Shown: positions 17,982 to 31,733 of the stretch, piece by piece
Numbering within the stretch: the first letter of the stretch is position 1
Layout: every line of letters starts with the position of its first letter
Assembly (NCBI GenBank): GCA_963743635.1
Contig: CAVUQO010000003.1
Span: 128,001 to 192,000 of the forward strand
Origin: Candidatus Babeliales bacterium
GTDB taxonomy: Bacteria > Babelota > Babeliae > Babelales > Vermiphilaceae
Direction: 5' to 3'
Length of the DNA: 64,000 nt
Translations under genes and position numbers: made by a program
Notes under the pieces: generated by a model
Told to the model about the DNA's origin: nothing
The model's input: the letters and a program-made list of their open reading frames with translations, nothing else
The model's database searches: none

Positions 17982-19262
17982 TTAAGCGGTGTAGCGTATG
18001 AGTGAAAAAGTACTATCACTTAGTCCGGCGGTTACCGCTTCTCCGTCTGACTGAATACCGACAGCCTGAGCGAAAGCAAATGATCCGACGCTGGTAGAAG
18101 TGTAGCCATTGGTGCCATACGAGAGATTAAGAGATCCCGACGGAGTATATCGTGCGATATTCGTGTTATAAGTTAGGCCGGCGCTACTGTATCCAGCCGC
18201 TATAATATCATCGGTATAAGAATAATCATTGGTTTGTAATGCGAGTGCGTAGAATTCAGAGCTGTAGTTTATTTGCGTGGTAACATATCCTGTGCCATTA
18301 AATGAGGTGTCAAGGGCGCCACTTGGAGTGCATCTGATAAGAAGAGAGTTATAAACCTGATCAAAATCATCTTCCGCAACAAAAATGCTTCCGGCTATAA
18401 CGATGTAATTATTTTGATCAAGTATCATATCGTATCCAACTGCAACGTTGCCAACGCTGGGCATAAATATTCCTGATGAGCCAAAGCTAGGATCAAGTGC
18501 ACCACTTGGCGTGTAGCGCGCAAGCGTAATTTGTTCGTCTGAATTGCCCAGCACAATAATATAATCCTGATAAATACCACTGGGTACGATAGCAATTGCT
18601 TGTATGTATGAGATAACCCCAATTTGGGTAGTAGTGATGCCGGCTGTTCCAAAAGAGGTATCAAGAGTTCCCGCATAAACTCCCGAAGCGATAAAGCGTG
18701 CGAGTGTAAATTGAGGAGTCTCATTATTGATGCTAACGCCTGCGACAATAATATTTCCTGAGCTTTGTATGCCTACCGCATATGCAGCAGATCCATCGCC
18801 GGTGGTAACGGTAGCATAACCATTAGGGCTATTGAATGCGGTGTCGAGGGTGCCGTTCGTATTATAACGAGCGACGAGCATGTTGGTTTCAGTTTGAAAG
18901 GTAAAGCCTGATACCACAATTTTTTGATCAGAAGGTTGCAATGCAAGATCATATCCTTCAGCGCGGGTGCCAACTAAAAGCGCGTTGGTGCCTGGTGTGC
19001 TGCCTCCGCTGTTAAATGTAGTATCAAGAACGCCATTATTTGTGTATCGCGCTAAAAAAAGTTCTGGATATGTCTGCGAGCTGGTTCCTGTAATGACAAT
19101 GTCATTGTTAGTTTGTATTTGAAGACTTCTCAGAATGTCGCGACGACTTGCTTGTGTCAGAGTAAAACCAACATTACCAAAGCTGGTATCAATTTGGCCT
19201 GAAGTAATAATAGATACACTGTGTATAAGGTAGATTGCGGTGATAATATATTTCATATTCAT
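17982..19262 (-). CDS. Secreted delta-60/DUF5122-type repeat beta-propeller
   Basis: Repeated LARY..G.LD.SFG..G and Q.D.KIVVxG motifs. Confidence 0.85.
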   Translation of the reverse strand: MNMKYIITAIYLIHSVSIITSGQIDTSFGNVGFTLTQASRRDILRSLQIQTNNDIVITGTSSQTYPELFLARYTNNGVLDTTFNSGGSTPGTNALLVGTRAEGYDLALQPSDQKIVVSGFTFQTETNMLVARYNTNGTLDTAFNSPNGYATVTTGDGSAAYAVGIQSSGNIIVAGVSINNETPQFTLARFIASGVYAGTLDTSFGTAGITTTQIGVISYIQAIAIVPSGIYQDYIIVLGNSDEQITLARYTPSGALDPSFGSSGIFMPSVGNVAVGYDMILDQNNYIVIAGSIFVAEDDFDQVYNSLLIRCTPSGALDTSFNGTGYVTTQINYSSEFYALALQTNDYSYTDDIIAAGYSSAGLTYNTNIARYTPSGSLNLSYGTNGYTSTSVGSFAFAQAVGIQSDGEAVTAGLSDSTFSLIRYTA

Positions 19263-19273
19263 GAACTTAACCC

Positions 19274-21844
<2,571 letters not shown>

Positions 21845-21915
21845 CTATATATAGCAAACAACAGAGTAAGAATGAACATTCGATAACGTTTACACTACAA
21901 TGAGGAGCCGTACAG

Positions 21916-24900
21916 ATGAAACAAAAATATTTTTTTCTATTGATAATAGGGTTCTTGCCTCTGAATGCGCTGAAGATTGATAGAGTTATTTTGGCAACTG
22001 ACAATAATCCGGCATATATAGAATTTTGGCCGGTAGTGGCAAAGGCGTGGAAAGAGCGTATTGGCGTACAACCAACCTTGGCATTAATAGCACCCAGCGA
22101 CGTGCGGGTAGATGAATCATTGGGTGATGTTATACGCTTTGAGCCCTTGCCCGACATTCCAACATCCCTGCAAGCGCAAACAATACGCTTATTGTTACCC
22201 GCATATTTTCCCGATGAGGTATCGATCATATCAGACATCGATATGATTCCGTTGAATAAAGAATATTTCGTAGATTCTGTTGCTGATGCTCCTGATGATG
22301 CATTCGTGGTGTATCGAGAAGTGGCAGAGATTCCAAAGTTTCCTATGTGTTATGTGGCGGCAAAAGGGAGCACTTTCAAAGATATATTTCAAGTACATTC
22401 TGTGCATGATATTGGCTCGATTATTACCTATTGGCATTCATTGAATATTGGTTGGAGCACTGATGAGATGGTGATGTATCACTCTTTATTGCAATGGCCG
22501 AAATATGCGCAAAAATGTATCAAATTAGGTCATGGGGTCCAAAGACGCATTGATAGATATTGGGGCTTGGAGCATGATGATCAGTTGCTTGAGCAGGGAT
22601 ATTACATCGATGCTCATTGTCCACGGCCTTACAGCGCGTATAAAAAAGAAATAGATGCACTTATAAAAACTTCACGATCTCAGAATAAATCTCATCAACA
22701 TGAAAAAAAACCAAAAGTATCCATCATAACCTCCCTCTTTAAAGGCGATGATTTTATTGTTGGATTCCTATCGGATATTACGAGACAAACGATTTTCAAT
22801 GAATGTGAACTGATCATTATCAATGCAAATTCTCCGGGGCACGAAGAACCCATAATCAGAGAGTACATGCAACGATTTCCCAATATTGTGTATAAAAAAT
22901 TAGATCATGATCCAGGGCTTTATGCCGTCTGGAATATGGCGATTAAGATGGCACGTGCTGATCTTATTACGAATGCGAACGTAGATGATAGGCGAAATCC
23001 TGAATCGCTTGAGGTGCAAGCTCGTGCACTGGAAGAAGATCCTACTGTTGATTTAGTGTATTCAAATTGTCGAGTCACCTATACTCCTAACGAAACCTTT
23101 GAGTCTAATACGGGAGAATGCATACTATGTCCGTCGGATTTTTCATCGCACCGCATGTTTTGCTGTTTACCCGGGCCGCAGCCAATGTGGCGCAAATCGA
23201 TGCATGAAAAATGCGGATTATTTGATGAGAGCTTTCAGTGTGGCGGCGATTTTGAAATGTGGAATAGAGCGGTATATGTGGGCTCGCAATTTAAAAAAAT
23301 TCCTGGGCAAAGCGGAGTCTTCTATGTTAATCCCAAGGGGCTTTCAACCGATATAGAAAAAAAATCAATTCAAGAAGCAGAGCTCGGTAGAATTTGTGAA
23401 AAATATGCATCTTTATGGCGAATGCCTCACTTCTTTTGTACAGCTGCCGATAGCAACTATTTTCCGCATCTTTTAAATCTTATTGGGAGTATACATGAAA
23501 CCAGTTTTGACGCGCTTGGCGCTATTGCGGTGTTTGATTTGGGGTTAACTGAAGAACAAATACAGCATTTGAATACTATTGAAAAGGTTTCGGTCCATAA
23601 AATAGAAATGACGCATGCTGATCTTTTAACGCGCTTTAAAACAAGTCATTCAGGAAAAGTGGCACCTGGTTGGTATGCATGGAAATTTGTAGTGCTCAAG
23701 CAAGCGCTCGAGATGTTTCCCTATGTATTATGGGTTGATTCAGGTACTACTATTTTAAAACCGCTAGATTCGATGTTTAAGTATATTTTAGAATCGGGAT
23801 ATTTTTTAGCCACTATAGGTGATGAAAAAATCAATAAGGCTATTCAGCATCCAATTCGATGGGGAGCAACGGAATATGTAAAGCAAGCATTTGATCTTTC
23901 ACGCGCTGAGCGTGCGTATGTTCTGGAAAAAGAGCCATTATTGTCTGGTACTATCGGTGTTTCACGCAAAGCTGTGGACTATTTAGTCGGCCCTTTATAT
24001 AGCCTCACCAACAACCTTAGATTATTTGAAGATGACGGCACCACGCCACATGGATTTGGTACGGGAAGACATGATCAGGCTATTTTGAGTATTTTTGCGT
24101 ATTTGCATGGACTGACGGTGCATCGCCAAGATCATACGCAAGAAACACCCCTCTGCCTCAATGTAGCCGGTAAGAATGAAGAAGTTTACATTACATGGAA
24201 TGGAAGCTGTGTAAATGAAAAAACTCATCTTTATAATTCAAGAGGTGATTTATCTCGCCATGACCATTACAGCAAAGCAATACGACGCACTGTTCGTGAA
24301 CCGGAAAGAAAAGATGATGAGTCCAAGAAGCCAAAAATTGTTGCGCTTGTGCCGGGCCGCAATGAAGCGGTATTGCTGCATCAACATTTAAAGGCGCTCT
24401 CACTCTTTGTGGATGCGATTGTGTATCTTGATGATGCATCAGATGATAGCAGTATGGAAATTCTGCAATCAATTGCTGCCGAGTGTAAGATAGAGCGTAT
24501 TATGCGCAAGGATACGTGGTACAGAGATGAGCCGGGCGATCGTAATAAGCTCCTTGCAGAGGGCAGAGCCATAGGGGGCACTCATTTTGTGGTGCTTGAT
24601 GTTGATGAGATGTTTACCGCAAATTGCCTTGATAATAATTTCTTACGCAATGCGATATTGTCGCTCAATCCAGGGGATCAGCTCGGTCTTGTCTGGATTC
24701 AGCTTTGGCGCAGTCTCGATGTATATCGCTTTGATGATTCAGTCTGGACGTGGAATTATAAGAATTTTATTTTTTGTGATGATAAAGAATGTTTTTATTC
24801 ATCTGATTTTCTGCATACATCGCGTTCACCTTGGAATTTAAAAGGCAAATCATTCATTATTCATGGATATGAGCATGGCGTGCTCCATTTCCAGTTTGTG

Positions 24901-25218
24901 AACTGGAGAAATGTAGTAATAAAGCACTGCTGGTATCGTTGTTTGGAGCATATACGTAATCCATCCAAATCAATATCTGATATTAATGCGCTGTATGGAG
25001 CGAGTTTAAATGAAGCAAATCTTAAAACGGTAAAAAGTCCGGACGCATGGTTTTCAAACTACGCTCCCTTCTTCAATCCAACGCTTTATAGTAAGCCAGA
25101 GGGCTGGAGAGAGTCTGAGATACAAAATTGGTTCAGTCAGTACGGAAAAAACTTCTTTGAATCGTTGGATATCTGGAATATAGATTGGGGATTAACCTTG
25201 ACGAATCAGTGTCAGTAA
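21916..25218 (+). CDS. Multidomain glycosyltransferase (about 4 GT-A-type domains) with signal peptide
   Basis: SDID; KVSIITSLF..NVDD (GT2); TAADSNYF..YAWK..WVDSG..RHDQ; VPGRNE..DDASDD..LDVDE. Confidence 0.85.
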   Translation: MKQKYFFLLIIGFLPLNALKIDRVILATDNNPAYIEFWPVVAKAWKERIGVQPTLALIAPSDVRVDESLGDVIRFEPLPDIPTSLQAQTIRLLLPAYFPDEVSIISDIDMIPLNKEYFVDSVADAPDDAFVVYREVAEIPKFPMCYVAAKGSTFKDIFQVHSVHDIGSIITYWHSLNIGWSTDEMVMYHSLLQWPKYAQKCIKLGHGVQRRIDRYWGLEHDDQLLEQGYYIDAHCPRPYSAYKKEIDALIKTSRSQNKSHQHEKKPKVSIITSLFKGDDFIVGFLSDITRQTIFNECELIIINANSPGHEEPIIREYMQRFPNIVYKKLDHDPGLYAVWNMAIKMARADLITNANVDDRRNPESLEVQARALEEDPTVDLVYSNCRVTYTPNETFESNTGECILCPSDFSSHRMFCCLPGPQPMWRKSMHEKCGLFDESFQCGGDFEMWNRAVYVGSQFKKIPGQSGVFYVNPKGLSTDIEKKSIQEAELGRICEKYASLWRMPHFFCTAADSNYFPHLLNLIGSIHETSFDALGAIAVFDLGLTEEQIQHLNTIEKVSVHKIEMTHADLLTRFKTSHSGKVAPGWYAWKFVVLKQALEMFPYVLWVDSGTTILKPLDSMFKYILESGYFLATIGDEKINKAIQHPIRWGATEYVKQAFDLSRAERAYVLEKEPLLSGTIGVSRKAVDYLVGPLYSLTNNLRLFEDDGTTPHGFGTGRHDQAILSIFAYLHGLTVHRQDHTQETPLCLNVAGKNEEVYITWNGSCVNEKTHLYNSRGDLSRHDHYSKAIRRTVREPERKDDESKKPKIVALVPGRNEAVLLHQHLKALSLFVDAIVYLDDASDDSSMEILQSIAAECKIERIMRKDTWYRDEPGDRNKLLAEGRAIGGTHFVVLDVDEMFTANCLDNNFLRNAILSLNPGDQLGLVWIQLWRSLDVYRFDDSVWTWNYKNFIFCDDKECFYSSDFLHTSRSPWNLKGKSFIIHGYEHGVLHFQFVNWRNVVIKHCWYRCLEHIRNPSKSISDINALYGASLNEANLKTVKSPDAWFSNYAPFFNPTLYSKPEGWRESEIQNWFSQYGKNFFESLDIWNIDWGLTLTNQCQ

Positions 25219-25242
25219 CTGTTGAACAGGTAAGGAGAATAT

Positions 25243-26136
25243 ATGGCGAGCATGATTCTTAAGTGGCGATGGGTATGCCTTTCGATTTGCTTTGCATTAT
25301 GTGTTATGCATACTACCTATGGTGATGGATTGCATGAGCATTCTGATGTGCAGCCGATTGAGTATGTAACGATTGCTATTTTGGCCAAAGATAAAGAGCA
25401 TACGTTGCCGCTTTATCTTTCATGTATAGAAAAACAAACATGGCCGTCTCAAAAAACCTATCTCTATATTCGCACCAATAATAACAATGATCGTACTTCA
25501 GATATTCTGCGCGACTGGATTGAAAAAAATCATGAAAAGTATGCAGACATTTATTTTGATGATACTGATGTTCCAGAACCGGTGCAGCAGTATAAACAAC
25601 ATGAATGGAACTGTGAACGATTTAAAGTTCTTGGAAAAATTCGGCAAGATTCTATTGCATGGGCACATGCGAAAAAATCACACTATTTCGTAGCGGACTG
25701 TGATAATATGATTAAGCCGCACACGTTGCAAGCGCTTCTTGATACGAATCTTGCCATTGTAGGACCATTATTAAAAACCGGGCATAACCTGTATGCCAAT
25801 TATCATGCTGCAATCGATGAGCAGGGTTACTATGTAGGTTCCCCACTTTATGACTCCTTATGGAGTCAAGAAATCAAAGGGCTTGTTGAAGTGCCCGTAA
25901 TACATTGTACGTATCTCATTAGGTATGAATTTCTCGATAAGCTTTCATATGATGATGAAAGTTATCGCTATGAATATGTAATTTTTAGTGATTCTGCACG
26001 TAAAAAAAAGATCCCTCAATATCTCGATAATCGAGATATGTATGGATACATAAGTTTCGCAGAAAATAAACAGCAGTTACACAATGAGCCTTGGTTGCCT
26101 AATTTTGTTGCGGCTATGTCCCTTCACCTTCAATAA
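25243..26136 (+). CDS. Glycosyltransferase resembling the N-terminal GT domain of procollagen galactosyltransferase (COLGALT)/PLOD
   Basis: VTIAILAK, TNNNNDRTSDILRDW, YFVADCDN, VGPLL, QGYY, GLVEVPVIHCTYLI parallel COLGALT1 motifs. Confidence 0.75.
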   Translation: MASMILKWRWVCLSICFALCVMHTTYGDGLHEHSDVQPIEYVTIAILAKDKEHTLPLYLSCIEKQTWPSQKTYLYIRTNNNNDRTSDILRDWIEKNHEKYADIYFDDTDVPEPVQQYKQHEWNCERFKVLGKIRQDSIAWAHAKKSHYFVADCDNMIKPHTLQALLDTNLAIVGPLLKTGHNLYANYHAAIDEQGYYVGSPLYDSLWSQEIKGLVEVPVIHCTYLIRYEFLDKLSYDDESYRYEYVIFSDSARKKKIPQYLDNRDMYGYISFAENKQQLHNEPWLPNFVAAMSLHLQ

Positions 26137-26329
26137 GCTCGACCGCTCTGATCCTGATCGCAAGCAACGGGAAAGGGAGGACGAACGGGATAAAAAATAA
26201 CCTCTTAAATATAACCTCTTACATAGAGTTCGCGTTATTGTTAAGAAAATTATTGTATCTTTGCCAAGGACCTTATAGTGTAAATACAAAGTTGTCCAGG
26301 GTGAATTATAGTAAAAAAGCCAGGTGCCT

Positions 26330-28024
26330 ATGAGTACGCACGTATCAAAATTAATGCTGTTATGTATAGCTTTGAACATATCCTTTATCATTTCGGGTGC
26401 ATCCGAGTGCTTGTTTGTTACCGGCGTAAATTGTCCAACAAATTGTGATGATAACTCACTGTATAAGACGTGCGACGGGGATTTGTATGGGAAAACATTT
26501 TTCTCATTTCGGCCACAAGATTCAGATTCATCACGCAGAATTTTGGGTTGGTTCAATAAAGACCATAAAATTGCGTTTTTTAAATTTAAAAAACATGTGA
26601 TCCTAACCATATCGCCACAATACACACGTTCTTTTGACACGAATGATATTGCGCAATGGTTCTTTTTTAATGGACGAGATCGTATGTCCGTCGGCATTCC
26701 CAGCGCAACGGAATCGTTTGATATTGATGGAGAGCAAATTGGGTTGAGTTTGGGAACTATCTTTGACGAATATGAAAATACCATATCTCCTGTGGTAGGC
26801 AAAATTGGCAATGTATGGGCAAAGCCACTTGTAGAAAACTACATCGTCGACGTTGATTTGTGGTGCGATTTGAGCGCATGGCACGATGATCTATGGTCAA
26901 GGATTGAGTTCCCTATTGTGAACATGAAAACGAATATGCGCATGCGTGCATCAGGAAAAGGCACACAAAACGATGAGTATGTACCAGGACTATTTTCCCT
27001 TGAGTCTACTCCGTTTGATGGGTATGAAGATTATGCCTGCAATGCAACGCCAGTTCCTTATAGTTCCATACTCTGTGCATTGGATGGCAATCAAGGGTGG
27101 GGCGCGGTAGAGCCGCTCAAATCAGGTAAGTTTTCTCCGCGCGGGCAGAGCAAGTGGGGAGTTGCGGGGCTGCATTTTGATCTCGGATATGACATATATG
27201 ATACAGCGCCATGGTACTGTGCGGGCAGTATTCATGTAGTGTTTCCAACGGGGACACGGCCAAAGGGAACGTATGTATTGGAACCGGTCATTGGCGCAAA
27301 TAAATCATGGCAAGTTGGTGCAACGGCGATTGCTCGCTATATAAAAGAATTTGGGAAGGATGAGCTTGGTGTTTATTTCTATGGAGTTGGCACTCACCTT
27401 TTTAAAGCAGCCCAAGATCGTGTCTTCTCGTTGATTACCAATGGCCCTGGCAGTCAGTTGCTCTTGCTTAAGCAGTTTAATAGTTCAGCCAGCGGTTTAA
27501 TCAATGCAGAGCGAGAAGCAAATATTTTTTGTGGACGCACAAAAATCGGATCAGCATTCATGTTTGATGGTTCATTAATGCTGCAATGGAGTCGTAAAGA
27601 AATCGTAGTAGATCTGGGATATAATTTCTGGATTCGTACCAAAGAAAAGCGTTCCAAGAGCGTTTTATTCAGAGGCTTTTATGAAAATCAATTGGGCATT
27701 AAGGGCTATACGCCCATGGAAGACAAGCAAGCAGTTGAATCTATTTATGCACCATTGCAATGTCTTCCCGATTTGACGACGGATCATTGCGTCACCATTG
27801 CGGGCGGTTCATTTGAAGCAGATAACCCAGCAGTATTTATTAAGCCTTGTAATGTGAATTATGGATCGGCTCTTGCTCCGACTTCAATGTCGAATAAAGT
27901 ATTTGCCGCGATCGGTTATAAATCTTCGTGGTTCATCTTGTTGTCGGGTGAAGCAGAATTCGGTATCAGCAATGCAGCGATAAACCAATATGGCGTGATG
28001 TTAAAAATCGGCAAAGATTTCTAA
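26330..28024 (+). CDS. Cys-rich putative outer-membrane beta-barrel protein
   Basis: Signal peptide; amphipathic strands (DLGYNFW, SGEAEF); ends QYGVMLKIGKDF. Confidence 0.7.
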   Translation: MSTHVSKLMLLCIALNISFIISGASECLFVTGVNCPTNCDDNSLYKTCDGDLYGKTFFSFRPQDSDSSRRILGWFNKDHKIAFFKFKKHVILTISPQYTRSFDTNDIAQWFFFNGRDRMSVGIPSATESFDIDGEQIGLSLGTIFDEYENTISPVVGKIGNVWAKPLVENYIVDVDLWCDLSAWHDDLWSRIEFPIVNMKTNMRMRASGKGTQNDEYVPGLFSLESTPFDGYEDYACNATPVPYSSILCALDGNQGWGAVEPLKSGKFSPRGQSKWGVAGLHFDLGYDIYDTAPWYCAGSIHVVFPTGTRPKGTYVLEPVIGANKSWQVGATAIARYIKEFGKDELGVYFYGVGTHLFKAAQDRVFSLITNGPGSQLLLLKQFNSSASGLINAEREANIFCGRTKIGSAFMFDGSLMLQWSRKEIVVDLGYNFWIRTKEKRSKSVLFRGFYENQLGIKGYTPMEDKQAVESIYAPLQCLPDLTTDHCVTIAGGSFEADNPAVFIKPCNVNYGSALAPTSMSNKVFAAIGYKSSWFILLSGEAEFGISNAAINQYGVMLKIGKDF

Positions 28025-28110
28025 AGTCGTACTCATTTTTGAACGTAGAACAATAATAAAAAAAGCCTGATTAAGTATTAACATATACTGAAAGCAGGCT
28101 TTCTTTTAAA

Positions 28111-29025
28111 TTACTTCAACAATGATGCGGCAAAATGTACCGTTTGTGTGCCAGTGCTAAAGGAGATGCTAAGGGCTGTGGGACTTACTGAAGCTAATGT
28201 GACGGTAGATGATCCCGATGAACGGAAGCCGGTCGCTTGCACCGATGGTGTGGCTGGAAAAGAGGGAGTAAAATTAACGGTGATTACAGAGCCAGAGACC
28301 GTATATATATATCCCGGTCCGCTACCTGATCCTGAGGTGGGAACATCTCCTTCTACGATACGCGCTTGCGTAGTGCCTGTTGGAAATAAGATTGGTATAT
28401 TGCTGGTAATATTTATTGTGTTGCTTGCTAAGATGCCGTAATCGTCGTAGTAGTAGTCGTGGTTGGGGTCAAGCAACTCTATTAAAAAAGTATGCGATCC
28501 ATTTGTAGCATTGAGTATGTATGAATATTGCCAATTACCATTGTTATTCGTAGTGGTGCTTGCTACAAACGTGCCATCACATGAAATATTTATGGTTGCA
28601 TTAGCGAGCGATGCGGTTCCAGATAGTATAATTGGATTTATAAAAACAGTACTTCCCTGCGCTGGTGTATTGGTATTGAGGAAGGTTCCATTATCTACCG
28701 TAAATGTAGTGGTCTCCAGCGCGAGAGTTGCCAAATATGGCGTGATGAGCGATGCGGATAGGGTGTAGGTTCCATTGCAAAGAGGATATGATGATCTCCA
28801 ATTCCCGAACATATCAGTATATGTAGAGGTTATTTGGGCACCATTTAAAAAAATACCGATCTCCATATTTGGTTGTGATGAGGTGCCGTAGAAAATCGTT
28901 GGGTTTCCATTAACGCTTCCATAACCACTTTCTATAGGATCATTAATAGTAACAAAATCGGCAGCATTGGGTGTTACAGTGGAAAAAAACAAGATGATGG
29001 GTAATATGAATATCATTTTTTTCAT
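28111..29025 (-). CDS. Secreted bacterial Ig-like (Big) repeat protein with beta-rich C-terminal tip
   Basis: T...GNW.Y..L.NG.HT Ig motifs twice; paralogue of 44413-45297. Confidence 0.75.
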   Translation of the reverse strand: MKKMIFILPIILFFSTVTPNAADFVTINDPIESGYGSVNGNPTIFYGTSSQPNMEIGIFLNGAQITSTYTDMFGNWRSSYPLCNGTYTLSASLITPYLATLALETTTFTVDNGTFLNTNTPAQGSTVFINPIILSGTASLANATINISCDGTFVASTTTNNNGNWQYSYILNATNGSHTFLIELLDPNHDYYYDDYGILASNTINITSNIPILFPTGTTQARIVEGDVPTSGSGSGPGYIYTVSGSVITVNFTPSFPATPSVQATGFRSSGSSTVTLASVSPTALSISFSTGTQTVHFAASLLK

Positions 29026-29180
29026 AGGACTCCTTTTGTGTTCTTAAAATTTTAACAATACACAACATATTAGATGATTGTTTTTCAATCTAACAAGTCA
29101 AGGCATTAATTTCTATAAATAACGCGAACTCGATTTAAGGCGTTCATATTTAGTGATGTATTCATCTCAAGGCATAGACG

Positions 29181-29250
29181 GACGGAAGCCCGTCCTTCGT
29201 CAGGCTTCCGACTTCGCTAAAGCTTCGACGGACAGGCAGGACGATCGGGG
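29181..29250. repeat. Nested REP-like element
   Basis: TCCTTCGTCAGGCT[insert]CAGGACGATCGG, compared with the uninterrupted reverse-complement copy at 54238-54263. Confidence 0.65.
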
Positions 29251-29344
29251 CAAATCCTATTGTCGTGTCGTGCAGAATTTGGTATGAACAATGCAGTGAT
29301 AAACCGAGAAATATAAATATCTAAAAAAGGTAAAGATCTCTAAC

Positions 29345-30538
29345 ATGCTCAAAAAAATAATACTGCTGTGTCTCGTGATAACCTCAGTCTATACCATCAA
29401 TGCATACGATATTGTGACTGTCGTATTGATGGTGAAAAATGAAGAAAGCGTGATTGCTAAAACATTAGAACCATACGTAAAGGCGGGCATTACCTCATAC
29501 TTAATATTTGATACTGGATCTACTGATGACACTATTTCTAATGCCAAAACATTCTTCAAGCTTCATGGTATTGAGCATTACCTCATTCTTCAAGAGCCCT
29601 TTATTGATTTTGCAACCTCGCGAAATCGGGCCCTTGATTTAGCGGACGAACACTTTCCCGATTCTTGCTTTCTCCTGATGCCCGATGCAGAGTGGTACAT
29701 GCATAATGTTGAAGGGTTGCTTAATTTTTGTGTTGAACAATGCGATAAAAATACCCCGTGTTATTTGGTGCGCATTATGAATGAAACCGTTGATTTTTCT
29801 GTACCGCGGCTCATCCGAGCGCGCGCTCATGCACGCTTCGCGGGAGCAGTGCATGAAAGTATTCCCGTAGAATCTACTGCAAAAGTACCGAGTAATGTGT
29901 ATTTTGAACTTGGAGCAAGCAGGCAAGGTATGGAAAAATCGCGCAAACGATGGGAACGAGATCTTGCTATACTCTTGAAAGAATATGAAAAAAATCCAAA
30001 TCATTCACGCACTACCTTTTACTTAGCGCAAACCTATGAATGCTTGGGAGATCTTAAAAATGCCCATCATTACTATACACTTCGCTCGGCGCTCAAGGGT
30101 TGGCTCGAGGAAGATTATGAAACCTTCTATCGACTCGGCTATATCACTGAGCGATTATCTCAAACTGATCCTGATTATACCTGGCATATGGCCTACGATT
30201 ATTATACTAAGGCACATGATATGCTACCAAGTCGCGCAGAGCCGCTGGTGCGTATTGCTAATCATTATTGGCCAGATGGCGGCGCGCCGTTAAATATTGC
30301 GTTGTGTTATATCTTTGCAAAGCGTGCCTGTGAAATAGACTATCCAGAAAATGCATTCTTGTTCGTAGACCCCAATACGTATACGTTTCAGCGATACGAA
30401 CTTTTAAGCAAATCAGCCTGGCATATCGGTGATTTTGAAAATGGCGAAATCGCCACAAGAAATGCATTGAAAAAAAAGGAGTTGCCATATCTTCTGAAGA
30501 ATCTTGCCTATTATCTTGAGCGTCGTGCTGCAGGATAA
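29345..30538 (+). CDS. GT2 glycosyltransferase + TPR repeats, with signal peptide
   Basis: VLMVKNE, DTGSTD, FIDFATSRN, DAEW, GAVHE, FYLAQTY. Confidence 0.9.
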   Translation: MLKKIILLCLVITSVYTINAYDIVTVVLMVKNEESVIAKTLEPYVKAGITSYLIFDTGSTDDTISNAKTFFKLHGIEHYLILQEPFIDFATSRNRALDLADEHFPDSCFLLMPDAEWYMHNVEGLLNFCVEQCDKNTPCYLVRIMNETVDFSVPRLIRARAHARFAGAVHESIPVESTAKVPSNVYFELGASRQGMEKSRKRWERDLAILLKEYEKNPNHSRTTFYLAQTYECLGDLKNAHHYYTLRSALKGWLEEDYETFYRLGYITERLSQTDPDYTWHMAYDYYTKAHDMLPSRAEPLVRIANHYWPDGGAPLNIALCYIFAKRACEIDYPENAFLFVDPNTYTFQRYELLSKSAWHIGDFENGEIATRNALKKKELPYLLKNLAYYLERRAAG

Positions 30539-30543
30539 TTACT

Positions 30544-31731
30544 ATGATGAAAAAGCTACTACTCATCTACCTTATTTTGATTGCCCACTCTCTTTGCGCA
30601 TATCAAGATGTTGTCGTTATAGTTTTAATGGTTAAAGATGAAGAAGCTTTTATGGCTAAAACATTAGAGCCATTTGTTCAAGCGGGGCTCCACTCATTTG
30701 TAATCTTTGATACCGGCTCAACGGATAATACCATTGCGGTAACTGAAGACTTTTTCAAAAGTCACCATGTTGCGCATTATGTGATTACACAAGAACCATT
30801 TATTGATTTTGCAACATCAAGAAATCGCGCGCTTGATTTTGCAGAGGAGCAGTTTCCTGATTCTCCCTTTTTTCTCATGATCGATGCCGAATGGTATATG
30901 CATAATGTAAAAGGCTTGATCGATTTTTGTGTGCAGAATCTTGAAAATCCTATTCCTGCTTACCTGATAAGAATTGTTAATCCAATTATTAGTTTCACGG
31001 TGCCGCGGCTCGTAAGAGGCAAAAGCGGAAAACGTTTTATTGGCGTTGTTCATGAAAACATTCCATTGGATATTGATGCAAGAGTGCCGAATGATACGTA
31101 TTTTGAGCTTGGAGTGAGTCGATATGGGCATGAGAAATCTAAAAAGCGATGGGAGCGAGATATCAATCTCCTTTTGAAAGAACATGAAAAAAAACCGCAT
31201 GATTCGCGAACAACCTTTTATTTAGCGCAAACATATGAATGTTTAGGTGATGCCTATAATGCCTATCGCTACTATACAATAAGAGCAGGGCAAGTGGGGT
31301 GGCCTGAAGAGGATTATGAAACATTGTATCGACTTGGTTATATAGCCGAATTCCTTTCTTTCACCGATAAAAGTTATACGTGGGATATGGCGTTTAGTTA
31401 TTATTCTATAGCACATAAGATATTGCCACATCGTGCAGAACCGCTCATACGCATCGCAGAACATTATTGGTCAGACGCTGGATCCAACATTCCATTATGT
31501 TATTTATTTGCAAAACGGGCATGTGAATTGCCATATCCAGAGCATGATTACTTATTTATAAATCCCTATTTCTATAACTTTAAGCGCTATGAAGTGTTGA
31601 GCAATGCCGCTTTAAGCATGCAGGATTGGCAAATTGGTGAAGCGGCAACAAGGCACGCTCTTTCTGTTGCCGATCTGCCGCATTTGCGCGCTAATCTTGC
31701 GGCATATGAGCAGCGGCAAGTTAAATCTTAG
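30544..31731 (+). CDS. GT2 glycosyltransferase + TPR repeats (tandem paralogue)
   Basis: Same motifs as the upstream gene. Confidence 0.9.
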   Translation: MMKKLLLIYLILIAHSLCAYQDVVVIVLMVKDEEAFMAKTLEPFVQAGLHSFVIFDTGSTDNTIAVTEDFFKSHHVAHYVITQEPFIDFATSRNRALDFAEEQFPDSPFFLMIDAEWYMHNVKGLIDFCVQNLENPIPAYLIRIVNPIISFTVPRLVRGKSGKRFIGVVHENIPLDIDARVPNDTYFELGVSRYGHEKSKKRWERDINLLLKEHEKKPHDSRTTFYLAQTYECLGDAYNAYRYYTIRAGQVGWPEEDYETLYRLGYIAEFLSFTDKSYTWDMAFSYYSIAHKILPHRAEPLIRIAEHYWSDAGSNIPLCYLFAKRACELPYPEHDYLFINPYFYNFKRYEVLSNAALSMQDWQIGEAATRHALSVADLPHLRANLAAYEQRQVKS

Positions 31732-31733
31732 GA

